From an uncultured Gammaproteobacteria bacterium (GTDB taxonomy: Bacteria; Pseudomonadota; Gammaproteobacteria; UBA9214), in the NCBI GenBank assembly GCA_963773065.1, contig CAVYZN010000026.1:32001-96000 (forward strand): a stretch of DNA of 64,000 bases. Direction: 5' to 3'. The notes under the pieces are model-generated. The model was not told where the DNA came from. It saw only the letters and a program-made list of their open reading frames with translations, and did not search any database. Shown here one piece after another: positions 10,397 to 19,761 of the stretch. The translations under genes were made by a program, and so were the position numbers. Every line of letters starts with the position of its first letter. Position 1 is the stretch's first letter.

Positions 10397-12496
10397 ATGA
10401 ATGTGCCCGTTGATACCAAACCGCGCCCGCGCACCCTGCTGGGCAGGGTGATGTGGTTCGGCATCGCCGTGCTCGGCGCCGCTGCCGTGGGCGGCATCGC
10501 GCTCGCGCGCGGGGAGACCATCAACAGCCTGTGGTTCATCATCGCCGCGGTGTGCGTGTACGCCATCGGCTACCGCTTCTACGGCGCCTTCATCGCCGCC
10601 CGGGTGCTGGTGCTCGATCCGACCCGCGCCACGCCGGCTGAACGCCTCAACGACGGGCGCGACTTCGTGCCCACCAACAAGTGGATCGTGTTCGGCCACC
10701 ACTTCGCCGCCATCGCCGGCCCCGGCCCGCTGATCGGCCCGACGCTCGCCGCGCAGTTCGGCTATCTGCCGGGCACGCTGTGGATCCTGATCGGCGCGGT
10801 GCTGGGCGGCTGCGTGCAGGACTTCGCGATCCTGTTCTTCTCCACCCGCCGCGACGGCCGTTCGCTGGGGCAGATGGCGCGCGATGAACTGGGGCCGATC
10901 GGCGGCGTGGCCGCGCTGCTCGGCGTGATGACCATCATGGTCATCCTCATCGCCGTGCTCGGACTGGTGGTGGTCAACGCCATGAAGCACAGCCCCTGGG
11001 CCACCTCGACGGTCGCGGCCACCATCCCCATCGCCATCCTGGTCGGACTGTACATGCGCGATCTGCGCCCCGGCCGCGTGCTGGAGGGCACGCTGCTCGG
11101 CGTGGCGCTGCTGCTGTTCGCGGTGTGGGGCGGCGGCTGGGTGGACCATCAGCCCGGGCTGCGCGGCTGGTTCGACTACGAGGCGCCGGATCTGGCCCTG
11201 CTGGTGATCGGCTACGGCTTCACCGCCGCCGTGCTGCCGGTGTGGCTGCTGCTCGCACCGCGCGATTATCTCTCCACCTTCATGAAGCTCGGCACGGTGA
11301 TCGCGCTGGCCATCGCCATCGTGATCCTGCGCCCCGACATCCAGATGCCGGCGCTCACCCGGTTCATCGACGGCAGCGGACCGATCTTCGGCGGCAAGCT
11401 GTTCCCGTTCGTGTTCATCACCATCGCCTGCGGCGCGATCTCCGGCTTCCATTCGCTGATCGCCTCGGGCACCACGCCCAAGCTGCTCTCCAACGAGCGC
11501 GACATGCGCATGATCGGCTACGGCGGCATGATGATGGAGTCGTTCGTCGCCATCATGGCCATGATCGCCGCCACCGTGCTCGACCCCGGCGTGTACTTCG
11601 CCATCAACAGCCCGGCCGGCATCGTCGGCGCCGATCCCGCCGCCGCCGCGGCGATGATTTCGGGCTGGGGCTTCCCGGTCGGCGCGGAACGGATGCAGGA
11701 ACTCGCGCGCGCGATGGGCGAGGCCACGCTATTCGCGCGCACCGGCGGCGCGCCCTCGCTCGCCGTGGGCATGGCCAGCATCTTCGCCTCGGCCTTCGGC
11801 GCCGGGCTGCTCGCCGTCTGGTACCACTTCGCCATCATGTTCGAGGCGCTGTTCATCCTCACCACGCTGGATGCGGGCACGCGCGTGGCGCGCTTCATGC
11901 TGCAGGACATGCTCGGCAACGTGATCCCGGCGCTGGGACGCACGAGCTGGACTCCCGGCGTGCTGCTCACCAGCGCGGCGGTGGTCGCGGCCTGGGGCTA
12001 TTTCCTGTACATGGGCACCATCGACCCGCTCGGGGGCATCAACAGCCTGTGGCCGCTGTTCGGCATCTCCAACCAGATGCTCGCGGCGATCGCCCTGTGC
12101 GTGGCCAGCACCATCCTGGTCAAATCCGGCAAGGCGCGCTACGCCTGGGTCACGATCGCGCCGCTCGCCTGGCTGGTCTGCATCACTACGACCGCCGCCT
12201 TGGTGAAGCTGTTCAGTCCGGAGCTGCGCATCGGCTTCATCGCGCACGCCAACGATCTGGCGGTGAAACTCGCCGCGGGCGCCATAGCGCCCGAGAAGAT
12301 CGCCCAGACCCGGCAGATACTCTTCAACGACCGTCTGGACGCCGTGTTGACGATGCTGTTCCTCACGCTGACCTGGGTGCTGGTGCTCGATACCGTGCGC
12401 GTGTCCTACCGCGCGCTCACCGGCCGCGTGCACCCGCCGCTCACCGAAGCGCCGCACATACCGACGCGGCTGGTCGAAGACTGGGTGCGCGACTGA
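10397..12496 (+). CDS. cstA: Carbon starvation protein A family transporter
   Basis: TPAERLNDGRDFVPT, FGHHFAAIAGPGP, IACGAISGFH, LWPLFGISNQ. Confidence 0.95.
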   Translation: MNVPVDTKPRPRTLLGRVMWFGIAVLGAAAVGGIALARGETINSLWFIIAAVCVYAIGYRFYGAFIAARVLVLDPTRATPAERLNDGRDFVPTNKWIVFGHHFAAIAGPGPLIGPTLAAQFGYLPGTLWILIGAVLGGCVQDFAILFFSTRRDGRSLGQMARDELGPIGGVAALLGVMTIMVILIAVLGLVVVNAMKHSPWATSTVAATIPIAILVGLYMRDLRPGRVLEGTLLGVALLLFAVWGGGWVDHQPGLRGWFDYEAPDLALLVIGYGFTAAVLPVWLLLAPRDYLSTFMKLGTVIALAIAIVILRPDIQMPALTRFIDGSGPIFGGKLFPFVFITIACGAISGFHSLIASGTTPKLLSNERDMRMIGYGGMMMESFVAIMAMIAATVLDPGVYFAINSPAGIVGADPAAAAAMISGWGFPVGAERMQELARAMGEATLFARTGGAPSLAVGMASIFASAFGAGLLAVWYHFAIMFEALFILTTLDAGTRVARFMLQDMLGNVIPALGRTSWTPGVLLTSAAVVAAWGYFLYMGTIDPLGGINSLWPLFGISNQMLAAIALCVASTILVKSGKARYAWVTIAPLAWLVCITTTAALVKLFSPELRIGFIAHANDLAVKLAAGAIAPEKIAQTRQILFNDRLDAVLTMLFLTLTWVLVLDTVRVSYRALTGRVHPPLTEAPHIPTRLVEDWVRD

Positions 12497-12681
12497 TGTC
12501 CGGGCAAACAGTGCGACGGCTGTGGCGCGCGCTGCGCTCCCTCACCGGCGACGATGCCTACGAGCGTTATCTCTCGCACTGGCGCGCGCACCACGCCGGC
12601 GCTGGCGCGCCGCTCGAGCGCAAGGCCTTCTTCAAGGCCGAGCAGGAGCGCAAATGGGACGGGGTCAGGCGGTGTTGTTGA
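12496..12681 (+). CDS. YbdD/YjiX (DUF466) CstA-associated small protein
   Basis: GDDAYERYLSH...FF...RRCC; start overlaps the cstA stop (TGATG). Confidence 0.9.
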   Translation: MSGQTVRRLWRALRSLTGDDAYERYLSHWRAHHAGAGAPLERKAFFKAEQERKWDGVRRCC

Positions 12682-12750
12682 ACCGTGTCCCTTCCCGGCA
12701 GGCCTGTTTGCATGCCCGTACGCCCTGACGGTTCGCGCCGGAGTAAACCC

Positions 12751-14130
12751 ATGAGTCTGCTGCGCACCAAACCCATCAACGCCGACATGTACTGCGACAC
12801 CGGACTCAAACGCTGCCTCGGCGCCTTCGACCTCACCCTGCTCGGCATCGGCGCCATCATCGGCGCGGGCATCTTCGTGCTCACCGGCATCGCCGCGGCG
12901 ACCCACGCCGGTCCCGGCATCGTGCTCTCCTACGTGGTGGCGGGGCTCGCCTGCGCGTTCTCGGCGCTCGCCTACGCGGAGCTCGCCGCGAGCATCGGCG
13001 GCTGCGGCAGCGCCTACGGCTATGCCTACGCGGGGCTGGGCGAACTGATCGCCTGGATCATCGGCTGGGATCTGATCCTGGAATACGGCGTGGCCACCGC
13101 GGCGGTCGCGATCGGCTGGTCGGGCTATTTCAACAACGCGCTCGCGGCGGCCGGCCTGGCGCTGCCGCAAGCCCTGCTCAAGGCGCCGACCGGCGGCGGC
13201 ATCGTCAATCTGCCGGCCGCGGCCATCGTGCTGCTGCTCGCGCTGCTGCTCACCATCGGCGTGCGCCAGAGCGCGCGCTTCAACGCCGCGATGGTGCTGG
13301 TCAAGCTCACCGCCATCGGCATCTTCATCGCGGTGGCCGCGTTCAACGTGCATGCGGCCAACTGGACGCCGTTTCTGCCGTTCGGCTGGGGCGGCGTGAT
13401 GAGCGGCGCGGCGCTGATCTTCTTCGCCTACATCGGCTTCGACGCCGTCTCCACCGCCGCCGAGGAGACCGTCAACCCGCCGCGCGATCTGCCCATCGGC
13501 ATACTCGCCTCGCTGGTGGTGTGCACCGCGATCTACATCGGCGTGTCCGGACTGCTCACCGCCATCGTGCCCTACGCCACGCTGAACGTGTCCTCGCCGG
13601 TGGCCGATGCGCTGTTGCGCCTGGGGCACAATACCGCCGCCGGCTGCATCGCCGCCGGCGCCATCGCGGGACTCACCACGGTGATGCTGGTGCTCTACTA
13701 CGGCCTGACGCGCGTGTTCCTGGCCATGTCGCGCGACGGCCTGCTGCCGCCGGTGTTTTCCGCCATCAACCGCAGGACCCACACTCCGGTGCGCGTGATC
13801 CTGGCGAGCGGGGTGCTGATCGCAGCCATCGCCGGCTTCACGCCCATCGACGACGTCGCGCAACTGGTGAACATCGGCACGCTCGCCGCGTTCGTGCTGG
13901 TGTGCAGCGGCGTGATCGTGCTGCGCCACACCAAGCCCGATCTGCCGCGCCCGTTTCGGACGCCGTGCAGCCCGCTGGTCCCGCTGCTCGGCATCGCGTT
14001 CTGCGTATATCTCATGGCCAGCCTGCCGGCGATCACCTGGATGCGCTTTGCGATCTGGCTGGGCATCGGGATGTGGGTGTACTTCGGCTATTCGCGAACG
14101 CGCAGCCTGCTGGCGCGGGAGCAACCGTAG
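12751..14130 (+). CDS. APC-superfamily amino acid permease
   Basis: GIGAIIGAGIF, YAELAA, IGWDLILEY, FFAYIGFDAVST; the stop codon lies within a REP GTAG. Confidence 0.93.
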   Translation: MSLLRTKPINADMYCDTGLKRCLGAFDLTLLGIGAIIGAGIFVLTGIAAATHAGPGIVLSYVVAGLACAFSALAYAELAASIGGCGSAYGYAYAGLGELIAWIIGWDLILEYGVATAAVAIGWSGYFNNALAAAGLALPQALLKAPTGGGIVNLPAAAIVLLLALLLTIGVRQSARFNAAMVLVKLTAIGIFIAVAAFNVHAANWTPFLPFGWGGVMSGAALIFFAYIGFDAVSTAAEETVNPPRDLPIGILASLVVCTAIYIGVSGLLTAIVPYATLNVSSPVADALLRLGHNTAAGCIAAGAIAGLTTVMLVLYYGLTRVFLAMSRDGLLPPVFSAINRRTHTPVRVILASGVLIAAIAGFTPIDDVAQLVNIGTLAAFVLVCSGVIVLRHTKPDLPRPFRTPCSPLVPLLGIAFCVYLMASLPAITWMRFAIWLGIGMWVYFGYSRTRSLLAREQP

Positions 14131-14287
14131 GTATTGGCTGAGCTTGCGAAGCCCAACACGCCGCCCCACAATCCCGCTGGAAACCATCACCATTACCTGC
14201 CAATTGGTCAGTCGGTTTGGGTGAATCGAATCGGGATTTGGAGAGTGAAACAGAGATGTTGGGCTTCGTAGGCTCAGCCCAACCTAC
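14127..14287. repeat. GTAG-family REP doublet
   Basis: GTAGGTATTGGCTGAGCTTGCGAAGCCCAACAC at 14127-14159 and inverted partner at 14257-14287. Confidence 0.8.
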
Positions 14288-14342
14288 CACGCTTCTATAC
14301 TGTTGCATCACCAAGAGAGTCTTGCGCTATCATGATAGCCGT

Positions 14343-14582
14343 ATGAGTCCGACAGTATTTCAAGAGAAGGGTTATCGCTTTTTCTTCTTCTCCCGTGAGG
14401 AGTCGCGGATGCACGTCCACGTGTACTGCGGAGATGGGGAGGCGAAGTTCTGGCTGGAGCCACAAATCGAGTTGGCAAATAACTTCCGATTGTCACGGAG
14501 CCAGCTCAAAGAGGTAGAGCAAATTATCGAGGTACACCACGATGAGCTTAAGCGCGCTTGGCACAAACACTTCCCAGGTTGA
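14343..14582 (+). CDS. DUF4160 family protein (putative toxin)
   Basis: MSPTVF...GYRFFFFSREE..MHVHV...AKFWL; overlaps the DUF2442 gene. Confidence 0.85.
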   Translation: MSPTVFQEKGYRFFFFSREESRMHVHVYCGDGEAKFWLEPQIELANNFRLSRSQLKEVEQIIEVHHDELKRAWHKHFPG

Positions 14583-14802
14583 AGTTACCCACATTTCAAA
14601 TCACGGTGTGTGGCTATTGGCTCGCGGTCACGAGTTATTCATGCCTTACGAGAATTTTCCGTGGTTCAGGGACGTGCCTGTAGGAAAGATCCTAAATGTT
14701 GAAGAGCCGACACCCGGGCACTACTACTGGCCGGATCTGGACGTTGATTTGACCGAAGAAATAATCTCGCACCCTGAGCGTTTTCCACTTAAAGCACGGT
14801 AA
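14542..14802 (+). CDS. DUF2442 family protein (putative antitoxin)
   Basis: FPWF...YWPDLDVDL...HPERFPL. Confidence 0.85.
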   Translation: MSLSALGTNTSQVEVTHISNHGVWLLARGHELFMPYENFPWFRDVPVGKILNVEEPTPGHYYWPDLDVDLTEEIISHPERFPLKAR

Positions 14803-14920
14803 CGCATAACACTATCAGAAATTACCCAACAACCATCAAATGCAGAACGATCGCAGATGGCAAATAGCAAAGGACATGACACCAGCTCAACGCAACCTCA
14901 TTTCCGCGTTCGAGTACCTA

Positions 14921-15181
14921 CTACATTTGGACAAGATGGTGGTTCACCACGGTAGGATGGGTGGAGCGAAGCGTACCCCATCGTAGCTGTCGCGATGATG
15001 ATGGATGTGGCGAGGTCGATGTCGGCTTGATCTGACTGGTCACGGCCATGATGATGAGGTCAGGTCGCTCGGTGTTGTAGGCTTGCGAGCTGATAACGAC
15101 CGCCGGTCGCTTCTTGTTTGTGGACTGGTCGGTGAACGGAAACGGTACCAGGACGATGTTGCCGAACTCAAAGGGCGTCAT
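14921..15181 (-). pseudogene. mazF: PemK/MazF toxin, C-terminally truncated
   Basis: GNIVLVPFPFTD...KKRPAVVISS...MAVTSQ for about 55 aa, then the frame runs into REP sequence. Confidence 0.75.
14952..14982 (+). repeat. GTAG-family REP (variant)
   Basis: GTAGGATGGGTGGAGCGAAGCGTACCCCATC hairpin next to the mazF truncation point. Confidence 0.7.
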
Positions 15182-15377
15182 AGACGGCATCGTCCGGGTT
15201 ATCCCATACCGTTGCAAACGCTGGCGCAGCCGTCTTCGCCGCCGCTCGTGTGAGCTGCCGGTCCTGATCCCGGGTCTTCAAGAAATCGATAAAGTCCTCC
15301 ACCTCGGCAATGCGCTCCGGGGGCAGTGCTTCGAGCTTATCGATCAACTCGCGTATATGATTGCGATTCGTGGCCAT
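15168..15377 (-). CDS. DUF2281-like antitoxin
   Basis: LPPERIAEVEDFIDFL...VWDNPDDAVYD; overlaps the toxin start. Confidence 0.75.
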   Translation of the reverse strand: MATNRNHIRELIDKLEALPPERIAEVEDFIDFLKTRDQDRQLTRAAAKTAAPAFATVWDNPDDAVYDAL

Positions 15378-15519
15378 CTTAAATCCTCTTGGGCCAATTC
15401 CGGGAACAGTATCCGTATACCTATTTCTCCGTCACCGGAGTGGGGTAGTTTCCCGGCTTTCTGCCCGGTGTTTGTGGTGCCAGAATACGCCCGGTCAGCA
15501 ACTACAATTTCACAATACA

Positions 15520-15549
15520 AGGTTGGGCTGAGCTTGCGAAGCCCAACAC
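15520..15549 (+). repeat. GTAG-family REP (single)
   Basis: AGGTTGGGCTGAGCTTGCGAAGCCCAACAC, near-identical to the 14127 copy. Confidence 0.75.
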
Positions 15550-15568
15550 ACCGCCTCGCCGCCGCCAT

Positions 15569-15913
15569 TCATACCCCTGATTGGTTCCAGTTGCTGAACG
15601 CCAGCAGCCAACTGGAAATATCGGGATGCTCATTGCCGCGCGCCTGCAACTGGCTGCCCAGTTCGATCATCAGTTCCCGCAACTCCCGTATTTCCGCGTG
15701 CCAGATCCGCTCGTCTATGCCCGGGTTGTCCGCCAGGGCTTCATTGGCGATGGAGCCCGCTCCGCCCCACATACGTTTTGAATTCAGTTCCCGATAGAAC
15801 CGGGCTTCATCCCTTGCGCCGAGTTCGATCACTGACCCTATCCAGGCAGCACTCTCTCCGGGATGGTTCCCCAGGATCTCACGGATACGGTGCAGGGTGG
15901 TCAGAACATCCAT
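15569..15913 (-). CDS. Hypothetical protein, 114 aa, paralog of 30472-30816
   Basis: Shares ELNSKRMWGGAGSIANEAL and LLAFSNWNQS with the second copy; same length. Confidence 0.8.
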   Translation of the reverse strand: MDVLTTLHRIREILGNHPGESAAWIGSVIELGARDEARFYRELNSKRMWGGAGSIANEALADNPGIDERIWHAEIRELRELMIELGSQLQARGNEHPDISSWLLAFSNWNQSGV

Positions 15914-16223
15914 CGTCGATACCATCAGCGGGTTTGGTGAATCCGCCCTTAATTGCAGGAGCGGCCGGTCTGTAGCGTTTATAGCAGTGAGTGACTTCAG
16001 GGTCACGATATCAGGCAGTTTACTGCACAGTTGTGCTCGCCTGAATAAGCAGTACCGGCCGATCCCAGACCGTCGAGTCACAATCGGCTGATTATGATAA
16101 CGAAGAATTGTGATCCAAAAGTGGAAGATCAGCGTCACAGTATCTACTATTCGCACAACGGGCCGAGGCGGCTTATCACTCAATACCGCGTAATCCGCCT
16201 AACACACCATTTGGTAACAGAAG

Positions 16224-17093
16224 ATGCCAGACGATAAATCAATATCTCTAGTGAATCTCGGAAAGCTTTCAAAACCGGCTGATACCCTGATCAAGAAGGT
16301 ATCTTCCGCAGTGGGTGGCATTTTTGAGCCGTGGCAGATAAAGCGTATTGCTAAAGCAAAAGCTGAAGCAGACCAAATACAAGCGAGATCGGGAATCGAA
16401 ATAACTGACTTGCATCGTCGAGCAATGCACCGTGTTGTTGAAGAGGAAGCGTTGCGGCAATATAACATGGAGAAAATAACCGTGAAAGCCTTGCCACTAC
16501 TTAATGAAGTTTCCGATCCAAGCGCAATGGAAGACGACTGAGTAACAAACTTCTTCGACAAGTCTCGGATCGTCTCCGATGAAGGAATGCAGAAGCTTTG
16601 GTCTAGTATCCTTGCCGGGGAGGCAAATGCACCTGGAACATATTCGAAACGAACAGTCAACTTCCTTTGTGATCTCGACAAGCAAGATGCTGAACTTTTT
16701 CAAACTCTGTGCCGGTTTGGTTGGGTTGTTGGGGGATTCACCCCGCTAATATTCGATCATCGGGCTAAGATCTATAACGACCAAGGTCTGAACTTTAGTA
16801 CTTTGACGCACCTAGACAGCATTGGGTTGATTCAATTTGATCCGCTTTCGGGGTTCAGTCTATTAAATCTTCCGAAGAAGTTTGTCGTCTTGTACTGTGG
16901 ACAGTCACTTTTTTTGGGAATGGAGAAAGAAACCGATAATAAATTACCCATGGGTCATGTCTTTCTTACCAAGATTGGCGAGGAACTAGCTACTGTATGT
17001 CCAGTTATGGGGGTGGATGGCTTTGAAGAATACGTCAAAGTAACGTGGGCGAAGTATATTCCCCAAGAACCAGAGACCGAACGAAGTAGATGA
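16224..17093 (+). pseudogene. DUF2806-family protein with in-frame TGA at 16539-16541
   Basis: RQYNMEKI...MEDD*VTNFFDKSRIVSDEGMQKLWSSILAGE..PGTYSKRT; both ORF halves are in the same frame; low GC. Confidence 0.75.
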
Positions 17094-17099
17094 GGTAAC

Positions 17100-17132
17100 G
17101 CTTAACAGCGCACCTCACATTGGGCGTTATGA
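17100..17132 (+). mobile_element. Internally deleted attC-like site
   Basis: GCTTAAC just after the stop codon and CACCTCACATTGGGC-GTTATGA right arm; only 33 bp. Confidence 0.5.
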
Positions 17133-17371
17133 ATGTCGACTTTTAGCCGCTTACGCACCACCCCGCAATCGACTCGCAGCGGATATCCAAAGACCCGTGA
17201 ACTTACCTGGAATGTCACCCTACTCCGGCATCCCATCCCGGTTCGCGGCGGATCGCGGCGGTGTCTGATCGCCCTGCCGCTGCCGCACCCGGCGTGCAGA
17301 TCGGATCGCGCACGGCCATGCCGAAGACCGGAGGCGGATGCAATCCCCGCGGCGACAACGCCAGCGGCCTC

Positions 17372-17833
17372 TCAAAACGCCGAGGCCAGCGCCCGCACCA
17401 CGCGGCCGCCGAGCGTCGGGTGTTCCGCCTGGAGGGTGAGCACGTCGAAGGGAAGCTGACCGCCCCAGCCGTTGAGCCCGAGGCGGGTGTGCGCCCCGAC
17501 CACGACCAGATCGGGCTGCCAGGAATTCACCAGATCCGCGAGCGCCGCCGAGCGTGATCCCTGCGCGGCGATGACCTCGGCCCCCGCGGCGCCGATCCGG
17601 TCCCCGAGCAACTGCAGCTTGCTGCTCACGTCCTGTGCGATCGCCGCGCGCATGCGGTTCGGCGTCATCACGGGGATATAGTCCTCACACTCCTCACCGG
17701 GCGTGTAGTCCACCAATCCGGCCAGGGCAAGCGTGGCGCCATGCAGACGGGCGAGTTGCAGGCCGCGGCGCGCCACCGCTTCGGCCTGGCTGTCGAAATC
17801 GACGAGGGTGAGAATGCGACGATAATTGTTCAT
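17372..17833 (-). CDS. Universal stress protein
   Basis: YRRILTLVDF, PDLVVVGAH, LPFDVLTL. Confidence 0.85.
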   Translation of the reverse strand: MNNYRRILTLVDFDSQAEAVARRGLQLARLHGATLALAGLVDYTPGEECEDYIPVMTPNRMRAAIAQDVSSKLQLLGDRIGAAGAEVIAAQGSRSAALADLVNSWQPDLVVVGAHTRLGLNGWGGQLPFDVLTLQAEHPTLGGRVVRALASAF

Positions 17834-17847
17834 GATGCGGTACTCCT

Positions 17848-19683
17848 TTAGTGAGCCGTCACGAGGCGGACGGGCGCCGGGACCAATGGCGCCTCCGCTG
17901 CCTGCGACACGGCAGTCGCTTGACATTCGAGAAAGATGCGGCGTGTGCACGATCGGCAGATCTCCGGATCCAGCCGCTGATAAACCTGGGCGATGGCCTC
18001 GCCGCGCGAGGTGAACAGGTGATCTCGTCCGATGTCCTCCAGGTAACCGCCGGCGTCCAGGGCCTCCTTCACCTGCGGCTTGATCTGGATCAGCCACAGA
18101 TCGCCGCCCTGGGAACGGCGCGTCTGCGCTTCCCGCGCCAGGAATTCGGCCCCGGCGAGATCGATGAAGTTGATCCCCGTCGCCACCACCGCCAGATGCC
18201 GCTGCCGGGGTTCGGCGGCGCGCATCCGGCGCAACGTCTGCTGCACGTAGCTGACGGCGCCGAAGAAGAGCGAGCCGTCGATGCGCACGATCTTCAGTTG
18301 CGGGCACTCCGGCAGGTTCGGATCCCCCGAGAACTTGCGCCGCGGCTGGCCCGGATCGGGCACCCGCGTCACCACCCGCGGACGGGAGGTGCGGCTCAGG
18401 TAGAAACCGATCGACAGCACCACGCCCAGCATGATGGCCGTCTCCAGGTCGAGAAACAGCGTGGCACCGAAGGTGGCGGCGAGGATCGTCACCTCGGCCC
18501 GGCCGGAACGCAGGATCTGTCCGATGTGATGAAAGTCGATCAGACCCCACGCCACCAGGAACAGCACGCCGGCCATGGCGGCGTTCGGGAGATAGGCGGC
18601 GAACGGCGACACCAGCAGCACGATCGCCACCAGCAGGCCGCTGGCGAAAATCGAGGCGAGCGGTGTCTGCGCGCCGGCGGTGTAGTTGAGGCCGCTGCGG
18701 TTGAACGAGCCGGTGGCGACGTAGGCGGAGAAGAAACTTCCCAGCAGATTCGACAGCCCCTGCCCGATGAACTCCTGGTTGCCGTCGATCTCCTGGCCGG
18801 AGCGCACCGCCAGCGCGCGCGCGATCGAGATCGCCTCCGTGAGGGCGAGCAGCGAGACGGCCAGCGCCGCCGTGGCCAGTTCCTTGATGGTGCCGAGGTC
18901 GAACCCGGGCATCGACAGGGGCGGCAGGGAACCGGGCAGCGCGCCCACGGTGCTGATGCCGGCGGCCACCGTGCCCGCGTAGGCCTTGAGCAGGACGGAG
19001 AGCAGGCTGCCCCCGAGCATGGCGGCGATCATGTAGGGCAGTTTCGGCAGAAAGCGCCGCACCGCAAGCCCGATCGCCAGCGTGGTCAGGCTCACCAGCA
19101 GCACGTAAGGATCGACCTCGTGCAGGCGGGTCGCCAGCGCGCCCCAGGTATCGACAAACGAGGTGCCGCGGGGTATCGCGATGCCGAAAAAATGCTTGAC
19201 CTGGCTGGTGGCGATCAGGATCGCCGCGCCGGCCGTGAAGCCGATCACCACCGAGTGGGAGATGAAATTGACCAGCACGCCCAGGCGCACCGCCCCCAGC
19301 GCCAGTTGTATCGCCCCGACCATGAAGGTGAGCGTGAGCGCCATCTGCACGTAAGCGGCGCTGCCCGGTTCGGCATGGGCGGACAGCACGGAGAACAGCA
19401 CGATCGAGGCGGCGGTGGTCGGCCCCGACACCAGGTGCCAGGACGAACCGAACAAGGCGGCGATGACGGCCGGCACCATGCCCGCGTAGAGACCGTACTC
19501 CGGCGGCATCCCGGCGATGGTGGCGAAAGCCACCCCCTGGGGCAGCACCACGACGGCGCCGGTGAGCCCGGCGAGGAAGTCCTGCTTCAGGGTGCCGCGG
19601 GTCACGCGCGGCCACCACTGGAGCATCGGCAGGAACTGCCGCAGGGGAAACGCGAAGGATAAGGACGATGTATTCATGAACAC
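17848..19683 (-). CDS. sulP: SulP/SLC26 anion permease with STAS domain
   Basis: DFLAGLT, LPQGVAFA, NQEFIGQGLSN, TGSFNRS, RIDGSLFFG; C-terminal CRSC..C. Confidence 0.93.
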   Translation of the reverse strand: MFMNTSSLSFAFPLRQFLPMLQWWPRVTRGTLKQDFLAGLTGAVVVLPQGVAFATIAGMPPEYGLYAGMVPAVIAALFGSSWHLVSGPTTAASIVLFSVLSAHAEPGSAAYVQMALTLTFMVGAIQLALGAVRLGVLVNFISHSVVIGFTAGAAILIATSQVKHFFGIAIPRGTSFVDTWGALATRLHEVDPYVLLVSLTTLAIGLAVRRFLPKLPYMIAAMLGGSLLSVLLKAYAGTVAAGISTVGALPGSLPPLSMPGFDLGTIKELATAALAVSLLALTEAISIARALAVRSGQEIDGNQEFIGQGLSNLLGSFFSAYVATGSFNRSGLNYTAGAQTPLASIFASGLLVAIVLLVSPFAAYLPNAAMAGVLFLVAWGLIDFHHIGQILRSGRAEVTILAATFGATLFLDLETAIMLGVVLSIGFYLSRTSRPRVVTRVPDPGQPRRKFSGDPNLPECPQLKIVRIDGSLFFGAVSYVQQTLRRMRAAEPRQRHLAVVATGINFIDLAGAEFLAREAQTRRSQGGDLWLIQIKPQVKEALDAGGYLEDIGRDHLFTSRGEAIAQVYQRLDPEICRSCTRRIFLECQATAVSQAAEAPLVPAPVRLVTAH

Positions 19684-19706
19684 CCCGGTAAAATGATTGC
19701 AGGATC

Positions 19707-19761
19707 ATTCTAGCGGGGGCGGCGTCAACGCCGCGTCAAGGCAACGTCAAGGCGGCGTCAA
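19707..19761 (-). promoter_or_regulatory. Putative OmpR/PhoB-type regulated promoter of sulP
   Basis: Four TTGACG direct repeats with exact 11-bp period (plus-strand CGTCAA at 19723, 19734, 19745, 19756), ending 10 bp before a TAGAAT -10 element. Confidence 0.7.

Noticed and set aside
16192-16219. dif/pdif-like XerCD site
   Set aside because: The putative XerD arm matches the consensus at only about half its positions
16539-16541. UGA recoding as Trp or Sec
   Set aside because: Many genes here terminate at TGA, the position corresponds to Trp rather than Cys, and no SECIS-like hairpin is evident
17372-19708. Apparent 778-aa fusion ORF ending in a Usp domain
   Set aside because: The upstream part is an alternative frame of sulP; Usp has its own RBS and ATG at 17833
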